From a virus: a DNA stretch of 64,000 bases. Within the stretch, counting starts at the first letter, position 1; each line of letters begins with the position of its first letter. The stretch covers positions 27,667-91,666 of the IMG/VR virus record IMGVR_UViG_3300021185_003145, one strand, 5' to 3'. The position numbers and the translations under genes were made by a program. This document shows, piece after piece, positions 9,376 through 19,176 of the stretch. The notes below the pieces were generated by a model. That model saw nothing but the letters and a program-made list of their open reading frames with translations. It was not told where the DNA came from and did not search any database.

Positions 9376-9864
9376 TTATTTATCGTTTTTCATTAGTTTT
9401 TCTAATAAAGCATTTCTATCTAAAACCACTGCATCACCGTCGGATTCGCTGGTTCCGTCATGTCTTGCTTGTACTTGATCAATTCTTGCTTTCTTTAATT
9501 GCAAATCAATCATTTTTAATTTTCTATCAATTTTTGCACCTTTGGCATTTAACGCAGTATCAAGCATTCTGGCTGCAGTACTAAAAATATCGCCGGCATA
9601 TCTTGCTTCTACGTTCATACCTAAATCCATTAGGTCTTTAAATGTATCTTTGGCAGTATCTGCAATATCGTCCATTTCGCCATCACTTGCTTCAAGGTTT
9701 TCTACCATTGGCAGAGCGGCGTCAATTTTGTCTGCTTTGCTCATTGCATTTTGATAAGTTTCAGCGTCAGGCACAGGAATAACGTCCTGTTGTTCTGTGA
9801 CTTTTTCTTCTTCTACTTTATCAGCAGGTGCTAAATTTAATAAATCTTCTAATTTTTTTGTCAT
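9376..9864 (-). CDS. probable terminase small subunit
   Basis: helical 162 aa protein (DLMDLGMNVE..., DRNALL) in the packaging/head-completion cluster; assignment is inference. Confidence 0.55.
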   Translation of the reverse strand: MTKKLEDLLNLAPADKVEEEKVTEQQDVIPVPDAETYQNAMSKADKIDAALPMVENLEASDGEMDDIADTAKDTFKDLMDLGMNVEARYAGDIFSTAARMLDTALNAKGAKIDRKLKMIDLQLKKARIDQVQARHDGTSESDGDAVVLDRNALLEKLMKNDK

Positions 9865-9872
9865 ACAATTAC

Positions 9873-10310
9873 TTACCTTGCTTTACCTTTGTGGAAAATA
9901 TCTTCTTCAGTAACAACTCTAAACTTAATACGTTGTTGTTTACACCATCTACTAGCGGCTTCCCATTTTGCCATATTAACAATAACTCGGGCTTGTGCCA
10001 TTTGACTTTTACCTGCACTTTCCATTGTTGTTTCTTTTTTTGGCTTTACTTCAATGAGTTCTGCACTTTGTCTACCGTTTTTGTCTGAATATACAACTAA
10101 AAAGTCTGGAAGATATATTGATGCTTTTCCTGTAAGTGGATTTTTATACGGTATTTTTACACTTTCGCTTGACCATTGTGTTATGCCTGGATGATTATCA
10201 CAAAATTGCATAAATGCCCATTCCCAACTACTACGATAAGTAGGTTCTTTTAATCCAACATACTTTTCTGGAGACTTTAAAGTAAATTTACCTTGTGCAA
10301 ATTTTGCCAT
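9873..10310 (-). CDS. gp4: head completion nuclease (T4 gp4-like, TnsA fold)
   Basis: YRSSWE, WSSE, Y.PDF, IEVKP, N.AKW.AA motifs. Confidence 0.88.
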   Translation of the reverse strand: MAKFAQGKFTLKSPEKYVGLKEPTYRSSWEWAFMQFCDNHPGITQWSSESVKIPYKNPLTGKASIYLPDFLVVYSDKNGRQSAELIEVKPKKETTMESAGKSQMAQARVIVNMAKWEAASRWCKQQRIKFRVVTEEDIFHKGKAR

Positions 10311-10314
10311 CGGG

Positions 10315-10677
10315 CTAACTTAATATGTTACGAGCAACTAAATTGTTTGGAGATTGACTCTTGTTAAATCCTAGCATACTTGTATCGTTGCGTGTTTGGT
10401 TGAGTAAACTAATAATACTTTGTTGTATATCGTTTAATCCGTATTCTCTTAATTCATCAACAATTATCATTGGAGAATTACCTGTGTTAGTAGCAATGCT
10501 AATTACTGTGTCTGTTAAACTATTTGCAATCTCATTGTTTCCTTCAGTTTTATCTAAAAAGAAACCTAGCACTGCATCATACTCACCCGAAGTAACTGTA
10601 ACGTTCTCGTTGGTATTATACGAGTTAAACACATCTGTTTCTGTTACTGTTGTTGTATTTGCTGGTAAATTAGCCAT
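10315..10677 (-). CDS. hypothetical protein
   Basis: 120 aa ORF in structural operon. Confidence 0.7.
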   Translation of the reverse strand: MANLPANTTTVTETDVFNSYNTNENVTVTSGEYDAVLGFFLDKTEGNNEIANSLTDTVISIATNTGNSPMIIVDELREYGLNDIQQSIISLLNQTRNDTSMLGFNKSQSPNNLVARNILS

Positions 10678-10686
10678 TTATACCTC

Positions 10687-12096
10687 TTATGTTGCTACTG
10701 CTGTTGGTAAGCCTTTAGTTACTTTTGTAACTCCTTTAGGACTTGCACCAAGATTTTTGCCAAATGCTTTTCCTAGTTCACCTTTAAACGATCCTGGTCC
10801 ACTACCACTCATAAAATCTTGTGCTTTTCCTAAGTCATTTTGAAAGTTTGTTTGAAAGTCTGGATTGTCAACAAATCCACTTAAATTACCAAAGGACTTA
10901 GGTAAAGATCCTGTTACTTTTCCAACTAAACTAAATGCCTGCGAGGACATATCTTCTAAAGACTGTAAATTAAACTTTCCAAGTGCGTTTGCTAATGGTT
11001 GCTTTAAGTTAGCACCTACTTTAACACCGTTACTTGCTATCTTGTTCTGTGATGGTGGAATAAAGTTACCTGCAACTGTTCCAACTTTAGGTACGTTAGG
11101 TAAAGGATTGGCTCCGCCTGTTGATCCTGAACCGCTACTTGGAAACTTAAAATCACCTATTGGATTATTTCCTCTAAGTGCGTTTGTTGCCATACCTGTT
11201 AATTCTGATTTTAGCATACTTTTAAGATTAGCACCTTTAAGATTTTGAGCTCCTCTTAAACCAGTAACAACTGCTCCTGCTATATTTCCGCCTGATAAAT
11301 CACTTCCTATACTACCTACCGCATCAACAACTCCACCAGGACCAAATACACTAGTAGTACCGCCTCCTTGTGGTGTTAATGGACTAGAAGCCTTATCATA
11401 ATGCATTTCACCAAAACCTGCTGGGCCATCGCCTGCTACAAGTCCTGACTTGTATTTAACAGTTTCAAACTTTACAGTCATTGAATTTTCCATTAATCCT
11501 TGACTGTCTGCATAATCGTGCCTATCGTGTTCAAAACTTTGAATTATAGGATTAACTAACCAATATTCTGTGTACTTCTTTTGGTAGATACTATAAATTT
11601 TTATGTGACTAAAAAACTGTCCACTGTTACGATCTAGTCCCCAGTTTCTTGCTGAGTTTGGCATCTTTGTGTATGTGTCTTTTAGAGAATAAGTTCCGCC
11701 ACTTTCATAGTTTGGATCGTTATTGTAAAAGGCATAATACGCATACCACATATTACGAATAATATCACTGTTATCATCGTGAAATGTTAAACGTACAGGG
11801 TCATAGTTTATTTTATTATATGTATAACGCTTTCTGTTATACTGATTGTGTTCTGCTAACTCATAGGAGTATTTGGGCAAGTCTACGTTTTTTACGAGAA
11901 AACTTGCCTCTAATTGCTCACTTCCTGAAAAGGAAAATCCTAGTCCTGGGTTAATTCCAAAAGTACAATGGAATAAAAATCTATGCTTTGGAGCAAGACG
12001 GTAATTACCGTCAACAAAGGTTTTGGATGCATGTCGAAAATCTCGAACATTATCCCCAGTTGAAAGAGCGGTTAGAAAAGAGTTTAATACACTCAT
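10687..12096 (-). CDS. tail tube-like / baseplate tube initiator protein with Gly-rich C-terminus
   Basis: VKNVDLP, QYNRK, YDPVRLTFHDD tube-fold motifs; follows the tube gene. Confidence 0.65.
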   Translation of the reverse strand: MSVLNSFLTALSTGDNVRDFRHASKTFVDGNYRLAPKHRFLFHCTFGINPGLGFSFSGSEQLEASFLVKNVDLPKYSYELAEHNQYNRKRYTYNKINYDPVRLTFHDDNSDIIRNMWYAYYAFYNNDPNYESGGTYSLKDTYTKMPNSARNWGLDRNSGQFFSHIKIYSIYQKKYTEYWLVNPIIQSFEHDRHDYADSQGLMENSMTVKFETVKYKSGLVAGDGPAGFGEMHYDKASSPLTPQGGGTTSVFGPGGVVDAVGSIGSDLSGGNIAGAVVTGLRGAQNLKGANLKSMLKSELTGMATNALRGNNPIGDFKFPSSGSGSTGGANPLPNVPKVGTVAGNFIPPSQNKIASNGVKVGANLKQPLANALGKFNLQSLEDMSSQAFSLVGKVTGSLPKSFGNLSGFVDNPDFQTNFQNDLGKAQDFMSGSGPGSFKGELGKAFGKNLGASPKGVTKVTKGLPTAVAT

Positions 12097-12114
12097 TACA
12101 AAATCCTGACTCTA

Positions 12115-12732
12115 TTAACCAGTAACAACCTCACCAATTGTTCTTGCCACTGTAGCACCAACGCCAGCACCAATTGGTGTCTGTACTGCATTATCAAATC
12201 TAATTGTTAAGGCAATAGTTGCGGCTTCACTGCTTGAATAGTTTAAATCACCGTAGTTTACGTTTGAAATAAAGCAACCGTATAATTCCCAAGTCTCAAG
12301 TACGTTTGGTGCACTTGCTCCATTACCACCGTCTAATACTTCACAACGTGTGATAAACTTGAAATCAATACCAGATGCTGCACTTGACTGTTCCATCATA
12401 TCAAACTGCTTTTGTGTTTGCTCACCAACTAGTTTTGCAACTTGACCTGATGCATCATCACGTAAGTTAACTGTTGTTGGATCCCAAGTGTGTTTACCTT
12501 GGATGTACACTTTACTGTTGTAGATATCAATCGGAACATCTTCAAATGTTACGGCTGGACGAGTAAAATCAATTACTTGTTTTGTTAATTCGCTACGTGG
12601 AGTTGAAACACCAAAGTTTTCAAAACTTACACGGAAGCGATACTTTAATTTTGGCATTAACAGGCCTTGAGCTGATGCGGACTGATCCGATGCTAAAGGT
12701 ACTGTAAACTTGCTTAATGAACTTACTGACAT
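12115..12732 (-). CDS. gp19: tail tube protein (gp19-like)
   Basis: PKLKYRFRV, GKHTW, ETWELYGCF, LTIRFDNA; downstream of sheath. Confidence 0.85.
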   Translation of the reverse strand: MSVSSLSKFTVPLASDQSASAQGLLMPKLKYRFRVSFENFGVSTPRSELTKQVIDFTRPAVTFEDVPIDIYNSKVYIQGKHTWDPTTVNLRDDASGQVAKLVGEQTQKQFDMMEQSSAASGIDFKFITRCEVLDGGNGASAPNVLETWELYGCFISNVNYGDLNYSSSEAATIALTIRFDNAVQTPIGAGVGATVARTIGEVVTG

Positions 12733-12798
12733 ATTTTTTGCTCCTGCTTATTAGTATTTAGTCACTTTTTTTACTGCTAATTCATACATCACAGACTC

Positions 12799-15700
12799 TT
12801 AAATAGAGCCTGTGTTTTGTATACGAACTGGAATATAAATGTATTCAACTGCCTTAACAGGTTCAACTGCAATATCAATATACAATTCGTTACGATCAAT
12901 TCTATCGTTTGTGTTGTTTGATTCATCACAAACTACTAGGTAATCGTATAAGCCTCTTTTTGCAACTAAGTCATTCATTAACTGTTCAACTACTTGTTTA
13001 ACTTCATCTCTTGTTAACTTGTCGTTTGGTTCGAAAACAAACGGCTTAGTAATAACTGCTAGTCTTTCACGTACATATGCAACTAAACGTGCAACGTTAA
13101 TACGATCTAATGCACTTGCAGTTGCTGTGCGTGTTTTGTTACCGTAGTTAAGTATTCCGTTACCCGGGAAGAATGATACTGGGTTAATACTGTTATCATA
13201 CAATGTATCACGTAAACTTTCACGTACACCTGTTGCAACAAACTCACCTGTTACTGTATCTAAATATCCAAGTCCAGTAGCATTATCTACTACACCACGT
13301 CTTGTACCTGCTGGTGCAAACCATGGAAAACTTGCTTCATCGGAACGTATTAGTGTTCTTAAAATCATATGACTTGCTGGAACCATAATACTGTTTCCAT
13401 CTAAGTCAGTTGAAATACCATGTGGATAAAACACACCCATATATGTATCTGCACTAACTAATCCGTCATCACCGTTATCTGATGCTAAGTTACTGTTTAA
13501 CGCCCAGTTCTGGATATCAGTACTGTTTGCCGCTAATCTAAATGGTGTATCACCAATTATAAAGCCTGTGTTACGTCTATCATTGTTTAATGCAATCATG
13601 TTAGCCATTAGCTCTGGATAACCTGGTGCTGCCATTACGTTAAAGTTTCTTTGATCTTCACGTAACTCACCACTTGTATCAATTACTGATTTCATTTTTT
13701 CTACAATAACTTGACGTACTGCGTTTCTACCCATATAAGGTGAACCATCAGTTTTGTTACCTGCAATACTTACCCATGCATCTGTTTCTGCTGGTAATAC
13801 TTTACCTGGAAAATCATCTGCGTTAAAGTAATCTCTTCTAAACTCTTTAACATTGTAACTACTACGTCTTGTGTTAAACAATAGTGTACCACGTGGATAA
13901 AGTGCATTACTCGGTGCGTCTAAATCAACATCGTTATCTGTTAATAAACTTGCAATACTAGTAACTGTTCCTGTAACAACGTCTGTTGTTGTATCGCCCA
14001 TATAACGTGCATCAGCAAATAAAATACCATCACTACTTGTTTGATCGCCTTTATCAATTGCTACCCATTTGTTTTCACCATCAACTAGTTGATAACGTTT
14101 AATAAACGGATAGTTTTCTAAATCGCTTGTGTCAATCCATAAATCACCAACTACTAATGCTGACTTGTCGCTTTGCTCTGTTGGAGCACTTGCACTTACA
14201 AACGGACCTTCTGGATTAGTTTGACTTAAATCAAAGCCTCTAGCATCTACAGTTACGTTTTGGTAACCTTTCCAGTCTGTACCATCGTGTATCATAATAT
14301 CTACTTCGTTAGTAATATTCTGGTACCACATACGACCGTTATCTGGATTTGCAGTAGGTTGTGTTGCACCTACAACGTATGTTAATGCTTGGAAATTACT
14401 TATAATAATTTCACCAGTTGTAACATCGTCTCTTGCATAACTGTTTGCACTAACTATGCCTGCATCTGCAATCGGTGTTCCTGTAGTTTCGTCTAATTTT
14501 ACAAAACCACCTAAACTGTGTGTAATTGTAATTGCACCAGTATCTTCTAACTTTGCAGTAACATATGGAACAGCCGCTGCATTAAATTCTTGTACAAATA
14601 ACTCTTTAGTTGTACCACTTAATGTAACTGATGCACTTGATGTTGCTATTGTGTTTTTACCACTTGCAATAATTGTAAAGGCATCACTTGCAGTAAATGT
14701 TGGGCTAGTTAAGTTACCTGTAAGTACTGTTTCGCCTTTTACTTTACGCTCATATAACTTATATGTTATTTCACCTAATGTTGACTTTTCTGCTAACGCA
14801 ATTACTTTGCCTGTAGCAACGTTTAATCCGCCGCCAATAGCATCAACGTCATACATTGCAGCCTCTTCTGACTTGTATAACTTAACACTTTTATCTGCAA
14901 ATAAATCTGTTATTGAACTATATGCACTTACATCAATGTCTGCACCTGTGTTAGAATTTGTTGTTTTAATCCAAATACTTCCAGTTGGTCTTGATGCTGC
15001 ATCACCGCTTCTCCATTCTGGAATTGAAGTGTGTGGATCAATGTTAATTGCTGGAATGTAAAAATCTCCTGCTGACATACCAATATCTGCTAATAATGTA
15101 CCTGTTCCGCTAATAGCAATTTTTCCTGAAGCTGTACTTGCAGTTCCAAACAAACGAATGTTTCCTTCACTACTAAGTTGTGAAGTAACACCTGTAACAG
15201 CCGCTGCATTAATATCTGCTACCACTTGAGAAGCAGATGTGCCTGTCATTGATATAACATTACCATTAATTGTAATAGTATGTCCTATTGTTACTGTTGG
15301 ATTTGTTTCTGTACCTTGTACTGCTGACCATGTGTTGTACCATGAATTAACACCAACAACTTGCCAACCTGCACTTGTCTTTAAGAAAAGTTTGTTGTTT
15401 GTTGTTGTAGTGTCAATGGCATAATCTGCTATTGAACCAATATGTGCTTTTGGAATACCACCATCCATATCAGTTGCCGCAGTAATTACTACCGGTACTT
15501 TATTAGTAAATGTTTGTGTACTTGAAGACCATTGAAAAATTCCCCATTTAGACTTTGTAGTGTTAAGCCAGTGTGTTCCGTTAGCCGGGTCACCTGCAGG
15601 ACGTCCTGCACTTCCTGTTAACTGTCCTAAATCAATGTCTGCACGAACGATATATGCTCTATTACTAACGCCTAATAAACTGTATGCTGACATTAAGCCA

Positions 15701-15975
15701 TGCTCGTTTAGTTCATAGCCATGTAAAGCAGTTCCGCTTGTACTCTGATAATATGATGGTTCACCAAATGTAGAAACTAGTTCTCTTTGTGAGCCAATTA
15801 AATATGCCTTTTCAGCATTTGCTTTTGTAGTTCCACTAGCAGTATTGCCTGTGGTTGGATCTTTCTTGTCTTGTGCAGATGCTATCACCAACATTGGTAC
15901 CGTACCAACTGCCGTACTTGCGTACTGTGATTCATCTATAACTTTGACCTCGATACCGGGTGAAATAAGTGCCAT
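12799..15975 (-). CDS. gp18: contractile tail sheath protein (gp18-like) with large insertion
   Basis: SPGIEV N-terminus, WFAPAGTRRG, DRINVARL, FEPND, KAVEYIYIP. Confidence 0.93.
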   Translation of the reverse strand: MALISPGIEVKVIDESQYASTAVGTVPMLVIASAQDKKDPTTGNTASGTTKANAEKAYLIGSQRELVSTFGEPSYYQSTSGTALHGYELNEHGLMSAYSLLGVSNRAYIVRADIDLGQLTGSAGRPAGDPANGTHWLNTTKSKWGIFQWSSSTQTFTNKVPVVITAATDMDGGIPKAHIGSIADYAIDTTTTNNKLFLKTSAGWQVVGVNSWYNTWSAVQGTETNPTVTIGHTITINGNVISMTGTSASQVVADINAAAVTGVTSQLSSEGNIRLFGTASTASGKIAISGTGTLLADIGMSAGDFYIPAINIDPHTSIPEWRSGDAASRPTGSIWIKTTNSNTGADIDVSAYSSITDLFADKSVKLYKSEEAAMYDVDAIGGGLNVATGKVIALAEKSTLGEITYKLYERKVKGETVLTGNLTSPTFTASDAFTIIASGKNTIATSSASVTLSGTTKELFVQEFNAAAVPYVTAKLEDTGAITITHSLGGFVKLDETTGTPIADAGIVSANSYARDDVTTGEIIISNFQALTYVVGATQPTANPDNGRMWYQNITNEVDIMIHDGTDWKGYQNVTVDARGFDLSQTNPEGPFVSASAPTEQSDKSALVVGDLWIDTSDLENYPFIKRYQLVDGENKWVAIDKGDQTSSDGILFADARYMGDTTTDVVTGTVTSIASLLTDNDVDLDAPSNALYPRGTLLFNTRRSSYNVKEFRRDYFNADDFPGKVLPAETDAWVSIAGNKTDGSPYMGRNAVRQVIVEKMKSVIDTSGELREDQRNFNVMAAPGYPELMANMIALNNDRRNTGFIIGDTPFRLAANSTDIQNWALNSNLASDNGDDGLVSADTYMGVFYPHGISTDLDGNSIMVPASHMILRTLIRSDEASFPWFAPAGTRRGVVDNATGLGYLDTVTGEFVATGVRESLRDTLYDNSINPVSFFPGNGILNYGNKTRTATASALDRINVARLVAYVRERLAVITKPFVFEPNDKLTRDEVKQVVEQLMNDLVAKRGLYDYLVVCDESNNTNDRIDRNELYIDIAVEPVKAVEYIYIPVRIQNTGSI

Positions 15976-16020
15976 TTTATACCTCGCGAATATATAATAT
16001 ATATTAATATTTTGTAGTTG

Positions 16021-16028
16021 TATTTATA
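16021..16028 (-). promoter_or_regulatory. T4-type late promoter TATAAATA for sheath operon
   Basis: exact TATAAATA ~45 nt upstream of the sheath ATG. Confidence 0.75.
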
Positions 16029-16100
16029 CTTTTGCAACAAAAAGGCGTCTATTAGACTCAGATACCAGGTACCCTTTAAAGGGCACCGCTAAATATTTGT

Positions 16101-16448
16101 ATGGAAAAACGACCTATATGTACTAAATGCAAGAAAAAATTTGCAGCCTTTAACTATCGTAAAGGGGAAAAGGTTTACTATCGCAAAAAATGTGATAGTT
16201 GCAATCGTAAGCACAAAGCAGACGGTAAAAAAAGTCCGTGGGCAAAAGCAGGTTATAAAAAGAAAACTGTTTGCGAAAAATGTGGATTTAAAAGTAAGTA
16301 CTACGAACAAATAGAAGTGTACTATATAGATGGTAATATGATTAATATAAAACACACTAATCTTAAATCAGTGTGTTTAAACTGTTTAACTGAATTGGGA
16401 CACGAAGGATGGAATACTAAGCAAGGTGACTTAATACCTGACTTTTAA
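16101..16448 (+). CDS. Cys-rich zinc-binding protein with degenerate HNH-like C-terminus
   Basis: four CxxC pairs; YIDGN...NL..VCLNC resembles HNH but lacks the usual His. Confidence 0.7.
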   Translation: MEKRPICTKCKKKFAAFNYRKGEKVYYRKKCDSCNRKHKADGKKSPWAKAGYKKKTVCEKCGFKSKYYEQIEVYYIDGNMINIKHTNLKSVCLNCLTELGHEGWNTKQGDLIPDF

Positions 16449-17049
16449 GATCTTCTAACGTACTATTATTTTTGATAATTGCATCAAATTTATCATCATT
16501 TGCAACCCAGGCCCATTCACTTATGTGTACTTCTGGAAAAATTACTGCCATTGAATTATGTTCAACGTAAGTTGCATCGGCTTCATTAATACCTACGGCA
16601 GTTACAAACCACATAGGTTTTTCTCCTCTACACACTTGCCAAACTTCTCCATCTAATTCTTTTATTAGATTAATCTCGTTTGAAAAACGTACATCTGGTA
16701 TTACAAAATTTTTAGTAGGATTTTGTATTAGTTGTTGCTTAACTAAACTTACCCATATACCATCAAAGAATCCACTTCGCATACAGTCAGTACCAAACAA
16801 CTGAAGAACAAGACGAGGAGTAATATCTTTTCCTGTTTCCTTACTCCAGAATGTATCTTGTGTTTCACGCCATTGTCTGCTGTCATCAGTATCTCCTTCA
16901 AGCATATTTCTGTCCCAACCAAATACAGTTGCAACTCCGTCTTTTAACTTATCAGCAAAACTAATCTTAGTAAAGTCGTGATCTTGTACCAGCATATCAG
17001 CCACGGTTCCTTTACCGCTACCGATGAGACCACATACTCCGATTATCAT
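16417..17049 (-). CDS. deoxynucleoside monophosphate kinase (T4 gp1-like)
   Basis: GLIGSGKGT P-loop, SFADKLK, PRLVLQLFGT, IPDVRFSNE, HISE. Confidence 0.92.
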   Translation of the reverse strand: MIIGVCGLIGSGKGTVADMLVQDHDFTKISFADKLKDGVATVFGWDRNMLEGDTDDSRQWRETQDTFWSKETGKDITPRLVLQLFGTDCMRSGFFDGIWVSLVKQQLIQNPTKNFVIPDVRFSNEINLIKELDGEVWQVCRGEKPMWFVTAVGINEADATYVEHNSMAVIFPEVHISEWAWVANDDKFDAIIKNNSTLEDLKSQVLSHLA

Positions 17050-17074
17050 AAAGTACCTCTTTTTATTTTAAGGG

Positions 17075-17818
17075 TTAGCCCATGACCCATGTCATTGGCA
17101 TTTGTCCGTCAACTAAATTCATTAAATCTGTTTCAAGTTTGTCAAGTTCTGTTTGTGCTTCTACTTTAAGAGCATCACCATTTAAACTTGTTCCACCTTG
17201 TGGACCGGCAATAGTTGCAAATTTAGAACGTGCTTCACCTAACATATACTTACTTCTTGCTAGTGCATAGTCGTATACCCATGGCTTACAACGTGTATCT
17301 GTTAGCAATGACGTATCAGGTCTTACATTATACATCCATAACATAACTGTTTCGCCATCTGATCTAACATTTCTAATTATTGTTAATTTTTTTGTAACAG
17401 GATTAAAAGTAAAGTTAATATATGCTCCAAACATACGTCCAGCCATTTCTTGATACTGCTTGTAGAAATCGTAAGTAGCAAGACCACCCATCTTTCCTGC
17501 AGTTAACATATATGTGTTCATGTAACCTGCTTCAAAAGGCTCAAACACACTACCAACATTACCTGTTGTACTACGAAATACTTGTCTAACATTTTCTACT
17601 TCATTAGGTAATGTATACTCTGTCTGTCCTGTAACTAGTGCTAAAAAGCCATAACTTTCTTCAACGGCATTACTGCTTTTTTGACGATACACATCTAGTG
17701 CTTTTTGCAAAGCCATTTCATAGTGTGCTGCATCAAGCTCAACATCAACCATACCTCCACCGAGACTAAGTTCAATATAATCAAAAAGTTTTTGTTTTTC
17801 AGTTGTTAAGTCAGACAT
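17075..17818 (-). CDS. gp13: neck protein (gp13-like)
   Basis: LGGGMVDVEL, LGEARSKF, GPQGGTSLNG motifs. Confidence 0.82.
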   Translation of the reverse strand: MSDLTTEKQKLFDYIELSLGGGMVDVELDAAHYEMALQKALDVYRQKSSNAVEESYGFLALVTGQTEYTLPNEVENVRQVFRSTTGNVGSVFEPFEAGYMNTYMLTAGKMGGLATYDFYKQYQEMAGRMFGAYINFTFNPVTKKLTIIRNVRSDGETVMLWMYNVRPDTSLLTDTRCKPWVYDYALARSKYMLGEARSKFATIAGPQGGTSLNGDALKVEAQTELDKLETDLMNLVDGQMPMTWVMG

Positions 17819-17841
17819 GTACTAAATCCTTTATATTACTA

Positions 17842-19083
17842 CTATTTAGTCACTTTCAATAGTATTGTCTGATCATTGATTCTGCCATTTAGTTTAGTTT
17901 CAGTAGTTTTTATACTATCCATAAACTTCCTAACAAATACTTTATTACCTTTATTAAAACTTGCTAACTGCTCTAATGGCTTCCTAAGTGTTTTTTGTAC
18001 ACTTTGTTTTTCATCAAAGTATAATATTGTTGTTCCTTTAACTTGTAATGTAGCATGTTCTTCAGCAACATACTTTCCTAACTTACGAGTTTTTACATTG
18101 TATACCCATAACTCTGCACTTTCAAGTATATCAATAGGATTAACACTTGCAATTTTTAGTGTTGTATCCTCTTTTTGATACTTCAATCTTGCAACAATTT
18201 TATCCTTAGCAACAGGCTTTTTTGTTCTAGTTTGATTTGCTTTTTGGCTCGTAATAATCATATCACATGCACTTACTATTGCATTGTATATTTCAGCAAT
18301 TTTCTTTTGTTGCTTTGTTGAAAAATGTGCATATCCTTCAACTAATTGATCATACATATCATCATCTTTTTTCTTAGGCCCTATAAGTTCAGAAAACTCT
18401 TGTGCTACCGGCTTAAAGTACTCTCTAATAATACGAGCATGATTACCTTTAACTTCTAACTTTCGTAATGAAGAAACAGGATTAAAACTTTTTAAATCAA
18501 ACTTATCAATATTATCTAATGCTTCGTCAACTTCTTCTTCAATCTTTGTTGCATATACCATACTAGCATTTTTTAACTTTTGTTGTATGCTTAATACAGG
18601 TGCAGTATTCTTTGCTTTTTCTTCTTTTTTAATTTCGTCAACTATTAAAGATCCTGCCGCAATGGCTTCTTCAACTCTTGGCTTAATAAATTCTGTGATA
18701 GGTCGCATACTATCCATTGTCCCAGGACATGATTCCCAATATTCATTATGTGGTTCAAAGTAATCAGGACATCCTGTTAATAGTAACTTGGCGTATATTG
18801 CAACAGTTGGGCTTATTTGTCCTTTCTTAGCACTAGAAATATCTTTCTTAGTGTATTGCTCTTGTTTCATCCATTCGTAAATAAAAGGAACAACATCACT
18901 TGTTTTATAGTTCTGATAATAAAACTCTACTGCTTGTTGCCTTAACCTGTGGAATTCATATCCAGACAGTTTTTCAAAATCAGCAAAACTAGGTCCTGTT
19001 AATTTAGCACCTCTTTTAAGTCTAGGTGCACCTTTTACTACTTTTTTCTTAGGCTTTTTAGTAAGTGATCTTGCAGTAGCCAT
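17842..19083 (-). CDS. hypothetical protein, basic, probably early-expressed
   Basis: 413 aa ORF with AGGAG RBS and sigma70-type promoter; LWVYNVKTRKL, KTLRKP, NGRIN. Confidence 0.8.
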   Translation of the reverse strand: MATARSLTKKPKKKVVKGAPRLKRGAKLTGPSFADFEKLSGYEFHRLRQQAVEFYYQNYKTSDVVPFIYEWMKQEQYTKKDISSAKKGQISPTVAIYAKLLLTGCPDYFEPHNEYWESCPGTMDSMRPITEFIKPRVEEAIAAGSLIVDEIKKEEKAKNTAPVLSIQQKLKNASMVYATKIEEEVDEALDNIDKFDLKSFNPVSSLRKLEVKGNHARIIREYFKPVAQEFSELIGPKKKDDDMYDQLVEGYAHFSTKQQKKIAEIYNAIVSACDMIITSQKANQTRTKKPVAKDKIVARLKYQKEDTTLKIASVNPIDILESAELWVYNVKTRKLGKYVAEEHATLQVKGTTILYFDEKQSVQKTLRKPLEQLASFNKGNKVFVRKFMDSIKTTETKLNGRINDQTILLKVTK

Positions 19084-19108
19084 ATTATTCTCCTTTGTTT
19101 ATATTACT

Positions 19109-19136
19109 ATAATACACTGTTTTGTTTGTATGTCAA
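19109..19136 (-). promoter_or_regulatory. sigma70-type promoter
   Basis: TTGACA-N16-TATTAT upstream of the 413 aa gene. Confidence 0.55.
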
Positions 19137-19148
19137 CCTTTATCTTTA

Positions 19149-19156
19149 TATAAATA
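19149..19156 (+). promoter_or_regulatory. late promoter TATAAATA for neck/gp15 genes
   Basis: exact consensus 20 nt upstream of ATG 19177. Confidence 0.75.
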
Positions 19157-19176
19157 TAGTATAACAAGGATTTCAC

